Positions 26,801-36,384 of a stretch of 64,000 bases of DNA are shown here, one piece after another. Every line of letters begins with the position of its first letter. Position 1 is the stretch's first letter. The notes below the pieces were generated by a model, which did not search any database, was not told where the DNA came from, and saw only the letters and a program-made list of their open reading frames with translations. This DNA is from a virus. Taxonomy: Duplodnaviria; Caudoviricetes. The DNA is taken from the IMG/VR virus record IMGVR_UViG_3300028797_002668, positions 71,186 to 135,185 of that record. One strand, 5' to 3'. The position numbers were made by a program, and so were the translations under genes.

Positions 26801-29786
26801 AAGCAAGATTAAGATTGATACCAATCCATACCGTAGAGCTATGGAACTATTGGATACTATCTCTGTAATGAAGAACACCATTAATCGGTTGAATGACCAA
26901 CTTGGTGTTCTAACAGAGGATGATTCTGACTTAACCGAAACTCAGCAGAACGCGGTTTGGGATTTACAAAAACGAATTAAGGTAATTAACGGATTAGTAA
27001 ATACCTCTACTGAACTGCTTGATAAAGAGACTAATAGAACTCCGGTAATTCGTCAAATGATTACGGCAATTAAAACGGGTTCTATTACGCCGATTGACGT
27101 TAAAAAAGCAAGCCATTACTGGGAAGTCGCTCATGCGAACGCAGATAGTCGTTACAACGTAAAGGCGCAAAGCGAGAACGCTTATACGAATGACGATGTT
27201 TCTACGGTGTCCCACGTAGTGACTGTTCTCGGTAATGAACTGTTCAGTCCGTCTGGCATGGACATTTCTGATGTCTATGACAATATTAAGACTATTCGTA
27301 CTTATGTCGGTAACGCAAGCGGAAACCCAGGGTCAATGAAGGTCATCAATTATGTGATGGATGCTGTCGGCAAACTTGTCAATGCCGACGAAACGCAAGT
27401 ATATGTTGGCTTGGTTTCATTGATTAACAAGATTGGTCGTATCATCGCAAGCGACGATAATGTTATCGAACGTTTGGATAACACATCGAAGATTCATGAT
27501 GCTAATAAGGATGCTTATGCAAAGGATGATGAATTAGATAACCCGATTGACGCATTTGCGCGTGCTCGACTCCGTCCTAAGAACTTTAAGACAACCGGTA
27601 TTGTTTCAGACGCCGAAAAGGCTGAACGTCTTGCCTTCAAAGACAACTTGCGTGCTGCTATGAGTAAGAATCTGGAACTTGCCAAGTATGCATATGCACT
27701 TGGTAAGGCTATGGAGACTTTTGAGCATAGCATTGTCGATGATGATGAACGTTATAGCGACAACGAACGTGCCGAACGTATGTTCAACAGTATTGAAAGC
27801 AGCTTGATCAATGGTAACATGCTGTATGGCGAGATTGCTCCGTCGCTTCCACAACGTATTATCTACAACGCCATTTTTGACGATGAACGTGCTGGTAAGT
27901 TGAACTATCCAGCTACCATGACTGCGGTTAACCACATGGCTAACGGTTACAACCTCCGTCTGCTTGCCAAGGAATTTGTAAAGCCGGGTGGCAATAACGG
28001 ACGTACCACTGGTGCCGAGTGGGCTTCTAAGCGTGACAAAGCCACGTTTACTTACTCTAATACCAATAATTCGTTAACTCCAGTTAAGGCGAATTCTTCT
28101 ATCAATTCCGGCGTAGGCATTGACCCTGATGTGGATAAGTCGGTCATTATTGCGTCTTGGTTTAACCCGGACAATCCGATTACGTTTAACTTGTCGGAAT
28201 CTGAATCGACGGGTGACGTAATAATTTCTAAATATGCTATGACAAGTCTTGTGAAGTCGGCTCGCCGATACATCTGCTCTAAGATTGCGGACAATATTGG
28301 TAAAATAGATGAAATGACTGGTGAAGTCACATTGTCTAATAAGAAGACTTCTGACGCACTCAAGTCCGCCGTTAAATCTATTCACGCGCTGGCCGATGAT
28401 CTTGAAACTCCTATTGCCGACGTTATTGTTGCAACGACTTCTCTAGGCCAGAAGAGTGCTCGTGCTGGTCTTATCGACCGTGCAAAGACGGCGCTTATCA
28501 ACAATGACGAATCGTACACAATCGAAGACATGGGTGATATCGCTTCCGAAACCAACGTGTTTCCTGAACGTGTGTCCAAGGATTTGTCTAAGGTTGACCA
28601 AGACTGGGTCGAAAAGATGACGAGCCTTGTGGCGGCGATTCCTGACGAATTGTCTATCAAGGATGTGATGGCTGCGACGATGATGTACTGCGGTTCTAGG
28701 GCAAGCCAGATGCAGATGATGACTAGACCGTCGTTTAAGGCTATGTTCTCGATTTTGAGACAGTTCCAGAATATGAATAGCCAGTCGGGCGCTCCAATTG
28801 GCTACTTTGGTGATACTAGCGATGCCGAAGTGAAGAATCTTCAAACGCTTATCGAGAATATCTGCAGCTTTAAGCGTAGCAGTAAGACGTGGAGCGAAGC
28901 CGCTGCCAAGATGAAGAATCAGCTAATGGCTTCTATCGACGAAGGCAATACGTCTCGCCGAGTCGGTACTGATTTGCCATCTAGTCCGGCTCGTCAGCGT
29001 CTTGCCCACCTCCGTATGGACCCGAATTACTCTGTTAAGCACGGTTTGGATAGTAACGTATTGGTTAAAAAGATGAACTTGGCGTTGACTCGTTCTAACT
29101 ACCTTAGCCAAGGTAAGTCTAGCCAAACTGTTCGTTTTACAGACTATGATTTGGTAATCGATGTGAAAACATTGGTGTACTGGTTATACATTGCATCCAA
29201 CCAGATGCTTTCGTCTGGTGTAGATATGGACGACATTTACGACGAAGATTTCGTTAACATGGCCGAGTCGTATATGGATAACATCATCATGACGTATATC
29301 ACTGGTGTCAGTCCGAAGCGTTTAGGCTATGTCAAGAATTCGGCTTCTGAATCGAAGGTTCCTGAATCCATTGTATTGGGTGAAGATATGATGGGTCTAA
29401 CTAATACGAAATCTGTTAATAGCAATATGGTGTATGTAGATGGTGTTGGGTTATTGACCAAGGATGCTTATGTTGCCGCTGTCCGTACAGCATATGACAT
29501 GGCGTCTGCTGAAGCGAACGGTAAACCGTCTGACCAGGATATTGCACAAGACTTCAATGTTCAGATGGGCGTGCTTACTGGAAAGTCTTATAATCGTAAG
29601 ACCAATAGCTACGACTCCGAAGCTCCTGTTTATGACGTAGATAAGCTACCGAAGGTGAACCGTCCGAAGGAAACCAAACAGCCTACGGTAATCAAGCAAC
29701 CCGAAAAGGATCCTAAGCCTCAACCGGTAGAGGAAACTGACAAGGACGACGAGTTCCAGCCAGAAGTACATGCGGCTAACGATTAA
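23817..29786 (+). CDS. Giant hypothetical protein (1989 aa), probably an internal virion/ejection protein
   Basis: Late motif upstream; N-terminal NLIES motif; N/D/A-rich; no catalytic motif recognised. Confidence 0.6.
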   Translation: MMSRNLIESVDPGTVNAYAKQAYQTIDDFLGSGKSLDVKRPFAYGMISANPIAVSILDDIRKRVNTMTPTNEQQNTDNGIDNSPYSSGIRYTAENKAYYVRGCIYLVSTVIPSLAKYLFDRVQAFNDKSVPNEAVNYAYLVFKNNYLNASGRQSNNPMAVASQKFSIAFISAAELGTKSRPNTAVEDDTSASSALFNKFDNIVYRLNSAADFINAVLMATVGTDKATEQQVNLAANLLLARYIAEDNAIKNSGIPEMGRFLNNFAERTKSSLSKTKNVARIDDNDTSDSINQSNDDNTSENIVPKNIDIPEDKANQHTVISGQTRFFANSYIKLFAANFAERLSMQPTGSIDSKNPRVTQNDVMTAMRLIFKNCIPQVKPEQLTPKLVDVITADTLANNTDDALFVHQKMAEYVSTQLFDDLLKEYKSEKYCSKIIDTVRLIYLAMTNTPPDYLAEPVYGYGDYNANDRVKKTGQTSIGDELAALFVNDGTDVHIMNMNAKSKNNADNDKNKKEDPRLKRLSTISLHEIDSIPLSDIRSVAKNYQSPKLVLIKNTWGVLNGIVPASEVTGEDFEDAKEISPLVTNVQTRLGDQDPAFSLADLKKKQQIVKSRIYTADNRRKLKNAGFATGNESGSDLENLANTVLEKATTVADGNKYDVLPAITRTAAIAKAFTNVVNTYIRSCTNIKSDALTSIQRKKIYEATPTAEAFVIQGQSAVDFAVYRFLTSEKNRVGSATNKADQDAVTALTLAIKNAIFLRDGEGEYDDKTTNDLLNKTVGYFDSFASWNAQAQKVKLDMSDNAIVNADSGQISNIIKLIVNPETTNRWSGYLKTVTNESIDQKTGDPIVDQEIANRNILIDGWNTIFTGSEYTTDDLYTVQDLCDEFAKVNRPYEKFNELYTPTQLLITLSGVGEANQTDIEADGENHEFEYDNVPTENLTQAAPVSIFDKENRNALDLNQLDENLDDNSLQQVYGDEVDEQDVAKDPIGSFDDVISKIKIDTNPYRRAMELLDTISVMKNTINRLNDQLGVLTEDDSDLTETQQNAVWDLQKRIKVINGLVNTSTELLDKETNRTPVIRQMITAIKTGSITPIDVKKASHYWEVAHANADSRYNVKAQSENAYTNDDVSTVSHVVTVLGNELFSPSGMDISDVYDNIKTIRTYVGNASGNPGSMKVINYVMDAVGKLVNADETQVYVGLVSLINKIGRIIASDDNVIERLDNTSKIHDANKDAYAKDDELDNPIDAFARARLRPKNFKTTGIVSDAEKAERLAFKDNLRAAMSKNLELAKYAYALGKAMETFEHSIVDDDERYSDNERAERMFNSIESSLINGNMLYGEIAPSLPQRIIYNAIFDDERAGKLNYPATMTAVNHMANGYNLRLLAKEFVKPGGNNGRTTGAEWASKRDKATFTYSNTNNSLTPVKANSSINSGVGIDPDVDKSVIIASWFNPDNPITFNLSESESTGDVIISKYAMTSLVKSARRYICSKIADNIGKIDEMTGEVTLSNKKTSDALKSAVKSIHALADDLETPIADVIVATTSLGQKSARAGLIDRAKTALINNDESYTIEDMGDIASETNVFPERVSKDLSKVDQDWVEKMTSLVAAIPDELSIKDVMAATMMYCGSRASQMQMMTRPSFKAMFSILRQFQNMNSQSGAPIGYFGDTSDAEVKNLQTLIENICSFKRSSKTWSEAAAKMKNQLMASIDEGNTSRRVGTDLPSSPARQRLAHLRMDPNYSVKHGLDSNVLVKKMNLALTRSNYLSQGKSSQTVRFTDYDLVIDVKTLVYWLYIASNQMLSSGVDMDDIYDEDFVNMAESYMDNIIMTYITGVSPKRLGYVKNSASESKVPESIVLGEDMMGLTNTKSVNSNMVYVDGVGLLTKDAYVAAVRTAYDMASAEANGKPSDQDIAQDFNVQMGVLTGKSYNRKTNSYDSEAPVYDVDKLPKVNRPKETKQPTVIKQPEKDPKPQPVEETDKDDEFQPEVHAAND

Positions 29787-29789
29787 AAC

Positions 29790-29821
29790 AAGAGAGGCGG
29801 TAATAAACCGCCTCTCTTTTT
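29790..29821. terminator. Intrinsic terminator between convergent genes
   Basis: AAGAGAGGCGGT-AATAA-ACCGCCTCTCTT followed by a T-run. Confidence 0.85.
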
Positions 29822-29838
29822 AACAATGCGAATTTTAT

Positions 29839-30408
29839 TTATTTTCGAAAAGTAGTGTAGTCGAATCCAGTATAATTCTTGAATGCGTTGAGAGCGGCCT
29901 CGCACGATGCCGCTAGAGCGGACAGTTGCGAGTTGTCGATGGCAGCCGGATTGGCCGATTCTGTCTTTGCGTTGGACATGCCGTCACAACCGTGGTATAG
30001 GATTCCTTGTCCTTTCTTCACGTTTTCGAAAAGTTGACGGATTTCGGTAACAACGTCTGAAGAAGGATGTTCCTTTTCGAAATTTTCAAGGATTGCGTCT
30101 ATACCTAGATTTCCCACGGATGAACAGCAAGCGGAACCGCCAGCGTCTCCGGAACCCATGCCGATGTCGGCAACCGGTCCTGACGTTCCAATCGAGCTAG
30201 TACCCATAACGACAGGGCTGGTACTTCCGCCAGAAGACGATGACGCTAGGTGACCGAAGCCGGGATTACTGTCGAATCCATATTCCTTGAAGCCGACCTT
30301 GGCGTGTTTACGCTTTTCCTTGTCCTTTTGTGGCTGGAAAGATTCGCGGATCTGTTTTCCGTTCTTGCACTTGCCTATACAATCTTTGATGAATTGGAAT
30401 GCGTCCAT
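29839..30408 (-). CDS. Hypothetical late protein (189 aa) with a Gly/Ser-rich linker
   Basis: Late motif at 30434-30441; IRES/ILEN/LFEN motifs. Confidence 0.6.
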   Translation of the reverse strand: MDAFQFIKDCIGKCKNGKQIRESFQPQKDKEKRKHAKVGFKEYGFDSNPGFGHLASSSSGGSTSPVVMGTSSIGTSGPVADIGMGSGDAGGSACCSSVGNLGIDAILENFEKEHPSSDVVTEIRQLFENVKKGQGILYHGCDGMSNAKTESANPAAIDNSQLSALAASCEAALNAFKNYTGFDYTTFRK

Positions 30409-30426
30409 ATAGCGTTACCGGTACTT

Positions 30427-30443
30427 TTGAACTAGTTTATAAT
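30427..30443. promoter_or_regulatory. Overlapping divergent signals: TATAAACT (minus) and TTGAACTAGTTTA/TATAAT (plus, for dnaJ)
   Basis: Both motifs lie within a 51-bp intergenic gap. Confidence 0.55.
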
Positions 30444-30459
30444 TTCGACGAGGTTTAAT

Positions 30460-31413
30460 ATGACTGCTTACGAAGTTTTAGGTGTAGAATTCAACGCTAC
30501 CCAAGAAGAAATCGACAAGGCGTACAAGAACTTGGCTAGACAGTATCACCCGGACAAGAACAACGGTGACGATACCAAGATGGTCGAACTTAACGAGGCT
30601 TACAAACTTATAGGAAAGCCGGACGCCCGAAAGAAGTATGACGAGTCGAACGCCAATACGGCGATGTTCGAGATGATGTCCACTGTGTTTGGAAAGCCAA
30701 CAGTTGCTCGTGACTTCGGGAAGGCTCCTACTAAGGATCCTCGTATGAAAAACGGCACTAATATCAAGCTGAATGTCAGTATTCCGCTAGACATCTATTT
30801 GGCTGGATGTGAAAAAATGCCGGTTAAGTTCACTCGTATATGTGAATGTCTAGACTGTGGCGGTACTGGTGGAAACCGTGAGTGCAAGTGTCCGGTTTGC
30901 GGCGGTTACAGCTATGTCATCAAGGACGGTAAGAAGCGTGGTTGTAACAGGTGTAATGCGACTGGTACTATCAAAGTCAATCCATGTAAAACGTGCGATG
31001 GAAGGGGTTTCTTGAAGAAAAAGGTCAGCAAGACTATTTTCTACCGTCCGGGTGTGCTTACCGAGACTATCAAGGGTGCCGGAAACAATGGTTTATTCGG
31101 CGGTACGAATGGCGATTTGGTCGTTACCTACAAGCCGAAGGATATAGATGGCACTAAATTTACCGAAGATGGCGTAATCGAGACCGGACTGATATTGAAT
31201 GTCGAAGACTTGGTTTTGGGTGTAACGAAGATGGTTAGAATCGGAAACTGGTCGGCTTATATAAGTTTTGAACCGAAAGAAATGAAATCTATACCAATAG
31301 TGAAAGAGATTGGTAAGTTCAAGTTCCGTTTCAGGGTAAGCTTGGAAATAAACCAAAATGATGTTAATTTTGCTCAGAATTTGCGTAACAATCGCATAAA
31401 CGACATAATTTAG
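30460..31413 (+). CDS. dnaJ: DnaJ-like co-chaperone (J domain plus zinc finger)
   Basis: AYEVLGV..QYHPDKN..LNEAY; four CxxCxGxG-type repeats. Confidence 0.9.
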   Translation: MTAYEVLGVEFNATQEEIDKAYKNLARQYHPDKNNGDDTKMVELNEAYKLIGKPDARKKYDESNANTAMFEMMSTVFGKPTVARDFGKAPTKDPRMKNGTNIKLNVSIPLDIYLAGCEKMPVKFTRICECLDCGGTGGNRECKCPVCGGYSYVIKDGKKRGCNRCNATGTIKVNPCKTCDGRGFLKKKVSKTIFYRPGVLTETIKGAGNNGLFGGTNGDLVVTYKPKDIDGTKFTEDGVIETGLILNVEDLVLGVTKMVRIGNWSAYISFEPKEMKSIPIVKEIGKFKFRFRVSLEINQNDVNFAQNLRNNRINDII

Positions 31414-31430
31414 TAAATACCGAGGTTTTT

Positions 31431-31847
31431 ATGAATACTGAAGAAACCAAACAGAAAAAGATTATCAAAATGTCGGTGGTTGACCGCGTGTTCGCCATTG
31501 GTTACATCCATACGCTGCCGTGTACGTGGCAACGTCGTATTGAATATGAGACAGTTCATAAGCTTTTGTCTCCTACAGAGGAGGAGAAGGTCAAGGCTGG
31601 CTTTACTATGAGCAAGGACGGCCAACCAGTTGCCGAAACAGATTTCCTTGTAGATATCGACGTTACCGATTTTCCGCCGGGTATATCATTCGCTGTTAAG
31701 AGACAGCTCGATGACCTTCAGCAGTCTCGCTTGACCGAGCAGGGCGATTTCCTTCACAAGATGTACCACAACTGGTGCCGTGTCATGGGTCCGTTGGTAG
31801 GTTATGTTGAAATCGAAGATACAAAACGTACAGACATCGTTTACTAA
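31431..31847 (+). CDS. Hypothetical protein (138 aa)
   Basis: GAGG RBS; follows dnaJ. Confidence 0.6.
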   Translation: MNTEETKQKKIIKMSVVDRVFAIGYIHTLPCTWQRRIEYETVHKLLSPTEEEKVKAGFTMSKDGQPVAETDFLVDIDVTDFPPGISFAVKRQLDDLQQSRLTEQGDFLHKMYHNWCRVMGPLVGYVEIEDTKRTDIVY

Positions 31848-33003
31848 TTTCGTCAGACGAATAGTTTCAAAAGTGACCGCCATACCCGGTCGCTTATCTG
31901 AGTTTTTAGTGGTCGGTTGGAAACTATCCAGTACAGGAAAGCTAGTCCAGCGAGCAATGGACTACATTTCCGCCGGATTATCGTCGGCAAGCAGTATGAC
32001 ATCCATCGAACATGGATTTACAACGTTAGATTCAAATTACATGGTATTTTTATCTGATTTGGACGGATCTGACATGAAATCGGAGTTCAAGGACTTTGTT
32101 GACGTTGCAATCGGCGAGACGGTCATTGATGGCAAGAAAACATACGACAAGAAATACTGGAATCGTCCGATAAAGATATTCTGTACATCTGGTGTATTGG
32201 GCATGTATGCATGGTGCGAATACGCTATACTGTTCATACTTGAGGGAGTTCCGTTTATTTTGTCCAGCCGTGTTCGTTTGGAAGGTATTGACGAGTTCGA
32301 CCCAACATTTAAAACGTCTGAGCATGCAACGTTGTCGTCGCTTATGGCTGAAAACTGTAAAAAGGTAGTATCGCTTGGGTTTATTGACCCTTCGAGCGAT
32401 GTTAGGTCGTACGTAAGTGATTACATGCAAAAAAATCCAGCAATTCCGTCACACGATATCGGCTTTGACTTGGCTAAATCTATGGCGGCAAACGAATCTA
32501 TGCGGTATTACGGCGCTATTTACCGTCCGGGTGGATATCTATACGATATATATACTGCCGACCGAACGGTCTCCAGAGCTATCCGTCCAAACAAGGAATA
32601 TCGAGATGACCCGCTTAATGAGGTGGATAATTTGCCCAACGGTATGGAAGTGTTGCTTATAGGTGGTGAACCTGATATTGTACCTATTGGTACGTTGGTT
32701 AACAAAGCTGGATTCTTGTTCGATGTATGGGTACCAAACCATAGGCAATACTACAAGATGGCGATGAAATATTTATATACAGGTTGCGTACCTAACGACA
32801 TATTTTACTTTGATGACGATGACCTTATCGAGAATTACGCCATCCTTATAAAGAGCATGCGTACGCTGGACGAGGAGGCAAATGGTCCGGTGGACGATGG
32901 CGGTGATACAGAATCTGATACAGTTCCTATAATAACTGACGACAGCTTGGACGATAGTGGTGAGGCGCCAGTTTTAATCGAACTGCCTGAATATTTGGTT
33001 TAA
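31804..33003 (+). CDS. Hypothetical protein (up to 399 aa; start uncertain)
   Basis: Long ORF with an acidic tail, followed by a terminator. Confidence 0.6.
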   Translation: MLKSKIQNVQTSFTNFVRRIVSKVTAIPGRLSEFLVVGWKLSSTGKLVQRAMDYISAGLSSASSMTSIEHGFTTLDSNYMVFLSDLDGSDMKSEFKDFVDVAIGETVIDGKKTYDKKYWNRPIKIFCTSGVLGMYAWCEYAILFILEGVPFILSSRVRLEGIDEFDPTFKTSEHATLSSLMAENCKKVVSLGFIDPSSDVRSYVSDYMQKNPAIPSHDIGFDLAKSMAANESMRYYGAIYRPGGYLYDIYTADRTVSRAIRPNKEYRDDPLNEVDNLPNGMEVLLIGGEPDIVPIGTLVNKAGFLFDVWVPNHRQYYKMAMKYLYTGCVPNDIFYFDDDDLIENYAILIKSMRTLDEEANGPVDDGGDTESDTVPIITDDSLDDSGEAPVLIELPEYLV

Positions 33004-33022
33004 ATTTGTATTTCCTATGAAT

Positions 33023-33048
33023 GCGACTGGCTTTGCCGGTCGCTTTTT
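33023..33048 (+). terminator. Intrinsic terminator
   Basis: GCGACTGGC-TTT-GCCGGTCGC-TTTTT. Confidence 0.8.
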
Positions 33049-33069
33049 GGTTTTTAGTAACTAAAAACT

Positions 33070-33077
33070 TATAAACT
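33070..33077 (+). promoter_or_regulatory. Putative late promoter TATAAACT
   Basis: 25 bp upstream of ATG 33102. Confidence 0.7.
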
Positions 33078-33101
33078 GCGTATAGCATTTGGGACGTTTC
33101 T

Positions 33102-34115
33102 ATGCCAAACAATTCAAGCGTTACGGTGAGAAAAATAATCAATAGTACCCCAGAAAGCTATGCGTTGAATATCATAGCTAACATGCTGGTGTATTTTAAG
33201 TATGGCGAGTCGGACGGTTTGACCGACAATGATATTTGGGATAGTTTTAATGAATTGCGTGAATCTCCGGTAAATAAAAAAGATATACCAGATAGCTTGA
33301 TGATTTCTATGGGACAAGCAATGCGAGTCTTCGGTGAGGAACGTCGTAAAAATATCGAAGGACGCCGTGACGAACGGTTGGCGAATATCGAAAAAGTACA
33401 GCAAGCCACCGCTGAAAAGAAAAAGGCGGTCGAATCAAATAAAAAGTTTAGTGACTCATCCAAAATCACTATTGGTGCTCTATATGCCGAAGCTGAGATG
33501 AATGACGGCTACTTGTATGCAAAAGAGTTTTCCGAAGAATTTTGGAACAAAATTATCTCGTATCGTGAGATGGTTCATCGATATCTTTCGCAGATAGACG
33601 AAACCGATAACGTACTTTATCAAGACGCGTCGGAAAGAACTGACCGAATATACTTTGTTAATCCGTATTATCAAACAGCCTTGGAATATGGCTCTATAAC
33701 AAAGTATGCAAGCAGAGCGTTGAAATATAAAGCGCTTGATGATTCGGAATTTTCTTTACTCTATAAGCAGCATGCATTTGATGAAAATGGCGGAAAAATT
33801 AACTTGGGCTGCTATGTGTTAGTTGGCTCCAATGAAACTCGTGGAGATAATAACAATATTGTGCTGGCTGACGGAGCGTATGCTACGTTGAATGGTATCA
33901 TAATCGACGATGGTACTAATCGACCGTCTTATTACGAACAAATGCTAGGTATTGGTCTTGGCCTAGAAGTGAAAGTTGAAGATGAAAGTTATAGTATAAC
34001 TGGTGTTGGTTCTCTGTTGTTTGATTATGGTTATAAATATACGGAATATCGTGTTAATAATGCCGATATATTCAGCCCATCATACGATCCGTTTGATGAG
34101 CAGTCTGACGCGTAA
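33102..34115 (+). CDS. Hypothetical late protein (337 aa)
   Basis: ORF downstream of the late motif. Confidence 0.6.
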   Translation: MPNNSSVTVRKIINSTPESYALNIIANMLVYFKYGESDGLTDNDIWDSFNELRESPVNKKDIPDSLMISMGQAMRVFGEERRKNIEGRRDERLANIEKVQQATAEKKKAVESNKKFSDSSKITIGALYAEAEMNDGYLYAKEFSEEFWNKIISYREMVHRYLSQIDETDNVLYQDASERTDRIYFVNPYYQTALEYGSITKYASRALKYKALDDSEFSLLYKQHAFDENGGKINLGCYVLVGSNETRGDNNNIVLADGAYATLNGIIIDDGTNRPSYYEQMLGIGLGLEVKVEDESYSITGVGSLLFDYGYKYTEYRVNNADIFSPSYDPFDEQSDA

Positions 34116-34126
34116 TTGGAGGCAAT

Positions 34127-36382
34127 ATGGAAGCGTTTGAAGATGAAATCGTATCGATGAAAGATGTTCGCGCCGCATTGATGGTTTTGGTTAATGCGTG
34201 GTATCGAAAAATGAAGTTACCAAATCTGGCACGAACGCAAGTTAAGCCTCCGGTGTTAACGGTTCATAAAGTGGCGTCTCTACTTAACGATATGGCGAGT
34301 CTTAGTTATATGAGGCCGGTCATAGATCCAAAGAGCGGTAAGACGGTATATCAAGAAACTGAACCTATGGATGATAAATCTGGAAAACTAGAACGTTTTA
34401 ACAAAATTCATGAACGTATTAACGACATAGAGTGCCTGAAAGATATAGCTCTTAAGCTAAACAAGGCAATGCTAACTGATAATACGCATTCTAATTTTCT
34501 AGAAAAAATGCACGGTAGTTTGCTTGCCGCCATCGTCAATGACAAAAATACTACTAACAATCTAACTGAGCTTCATGAAACGAATGAGCCACTTAAGCAA
34601 GGTCAGACTTGTTGGTTTACATTGGATTCCGTGGTAAATAGTTTAAAGATGCGTGGTAAATCTTTAGATGAATTAAATGGACATCTATGTACATATACCT
34701 TGTATCATAATAACGACGTTAAAGGTGGTCGTACTGGAAAGGTAATTGTATGCGCCCAATCGGCGGTAGGTATAGACCATATACCTGAACGTGTCGCTAA
34801 AATGATTAACGAATCACTACGTAAGTATTACAATGCGGACAGTGATTATGCGATGCCAGTAGACTTGGATCAAGTCCAATATAATTTGGATGGTGGCGTT
34901 GATGTGAATACTGGTATTCGAAAGTTGATTCGTAGGACCGGAATTAAAGGAACCGGTATGAAGAAAGGTGTTGTAATTGCTGATACACCATTAATTAAAG
35001 ACCGTGGTAGTGACAATCTCATAGAACCGCGAAAAGCGGTAAGTGACATGTTCATGCGTGGCGAACTTGATATTACTAGGTTTTCGGCTTTAGTTAACAA
35101 GGCAATTACACAACAGGTGAAATCACTAGAAGAAAAAGACGACGAAAATAGTTCTGAAAATAAACAGACCGCTGATATTACTAAAGGACATGAAGAGCTT
35201 CAAAATATGGGTAGTGATGAAGCTCGTCAACACTTGTTTAACACCTTAAAAGCCCATATGGGTAACATACCGTCATATATAAAACTTCTTAATGCGGTTG
35301 CGTCGAGTATGACGGTTGACCAAGACTCACTGGATACCGCGTGGAAGGTTGTTGATGGCTATGAGAATCCAGCGATGACTGATGACGATTATGTAAATCT
35401 GGCTAATACCGTATCTCGTGTAAGTAAATACATTATTGAATCGACTAATGGTGCATTTAGTAAAGAACATGCACCGTTTGCGGTCGAAAAACTTTTTGAT
35501 AATGAAAACGTCGTTTTTGCCTCTAATGTATACCCAAGTAAATCTGGTAGTACCTTGGAACATGCTATTAGTCTCGATGAATATTTATCCGTTATGTCAC
35601 AGATATTTAACATAACATTATCAGACAATACGGATAATGCGCTTCAACGCCTTTTGAAAAGTGCAAAAAATGCTTGCAGTAATATTGCGTCATTTGTAAC
35701 CGGCGTCTATGCGTTACTTGAACCAGCTTTGCAAGATTACGGGACTGTTGATTCAAGTACGCTTAGTGCTAGAAAAGAATCTAATGCTCTTGCGAAACAG
35801 TTCAGTGCTACTGAAATTGACGTTGCCAAGATGGATAAATATATCGGGTTTGATTCCATTAAGACGATTCAAGACTTGACTGGTAAAACAGTTAACTCAA
35901 TATTGCCGCTTAGCCAATATCTGAATAACGTCGACATGTGCATTAACGAACTTGCTCAGAGTTCAGACGGTAATGTAGACTTGGCGTTGGAAAAATATAC
36001 ACCGGAAAAGTTGCTTGAAGTTAATGATGCCCTAAATACACTTATTAACGGCAATTCTAAGAAAGGTATGTCATTAGATAAAGCTAAGCAGTTGTTGGTA
36101 AACATGTTACGTACAGTTACCGTAACAACCGCAGAACCAAAAGCTCATAACCAAGCTCAGCAAACTACGCCAGTACAACCAGAAAACACGAATGAAACAG
36201 AGCAAGCTCCTACGAAAGCTAATCCGGTAACGACTGAACCAAGCACTGACAAAACTCAGCAACCAGAAGCGCCGACAACTGATGAACCACCTAAACAGGC
36301 GGTATCTTCTACGATGACACCGTCAGAAGATATCAAACCAGCTAGAAGACGTACTGGACGCTTTAATATGGATAAGGTTTAA
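34127..36382 (+). CDS. Hypothetical late protein (751 aa) with a P/T/Q-rich tail
   Basis: GGAGG RBS; operonic with the gp25-domain gene. Confidence 0.6.
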   Translation: MEAFEDEIVSMKDVRAALMVLVNAWYRKMKLPNLARTQVKPPVLTVHKVASLLNDMASLSYMRPVIDPKSGKTVYQETEPMDDKSGKLERFNKIHERINDIECLKDIALKLNKAMLTDNTHSNFLEKMHGSLLAAIVNDKNTTNNLTELHETNEPLKQGQTCWFTLDSVVNSLKMRGKSLDELNGHLCTYTLYHNNDVKGGRTGKVIVCAQSAVGIDHIPERVAKMINESLRKYYNADSDYAMPVDLDQVQYNLDGGVDVNTGIRKLIRRTGIKGTGMKKGVVIADTPLIKDRGSDNLIEPRKAVSDMFMRGELDITRFSALVNKAITQQVKSLEEKDDENSSENKQTADITKGHEELQNMGSDEARQHLFNTLKAHMGNIPSYIKLLNAVASSMTVDQDSLDTAWKVVDGYENPAMTDDDYVNLANTVSRVSKYIIESTNGAFSKEHAPFAVEKLFDNENVVFASNVYPSKSGSTLEHAISLDEYLSVMSQIFNITLSDNTDNALQRLLKSAKNACSNIASFVTGVYALLEPALQDYGTVDSSTLSARKESNALAKQFSATEIDVAKMDKYIGFDSIKTIQDLTGKTVNSILPLSQYLNNVDMCINELAQSSDGNVDLALEKYTPEKLLEVNDALNTLINGNSKKGMSLDKAKQLLVNMLRTVTVTTAEPKAHNQAQQTTPVQPENTNETEQAPTKANPVTTEPSTDKTQQPEAPTTDEPPKQAVSSTMTPSEDIKPARRRTGRFNMDKV

Positions 36383-36384
36383 TT

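Noticed and set aside
23817-29786. Tape measure or virion RNA polymerase call for the 1989-aa ORF
   Set aside because: No periodic repeats and no polymerase catalytic motif recognised
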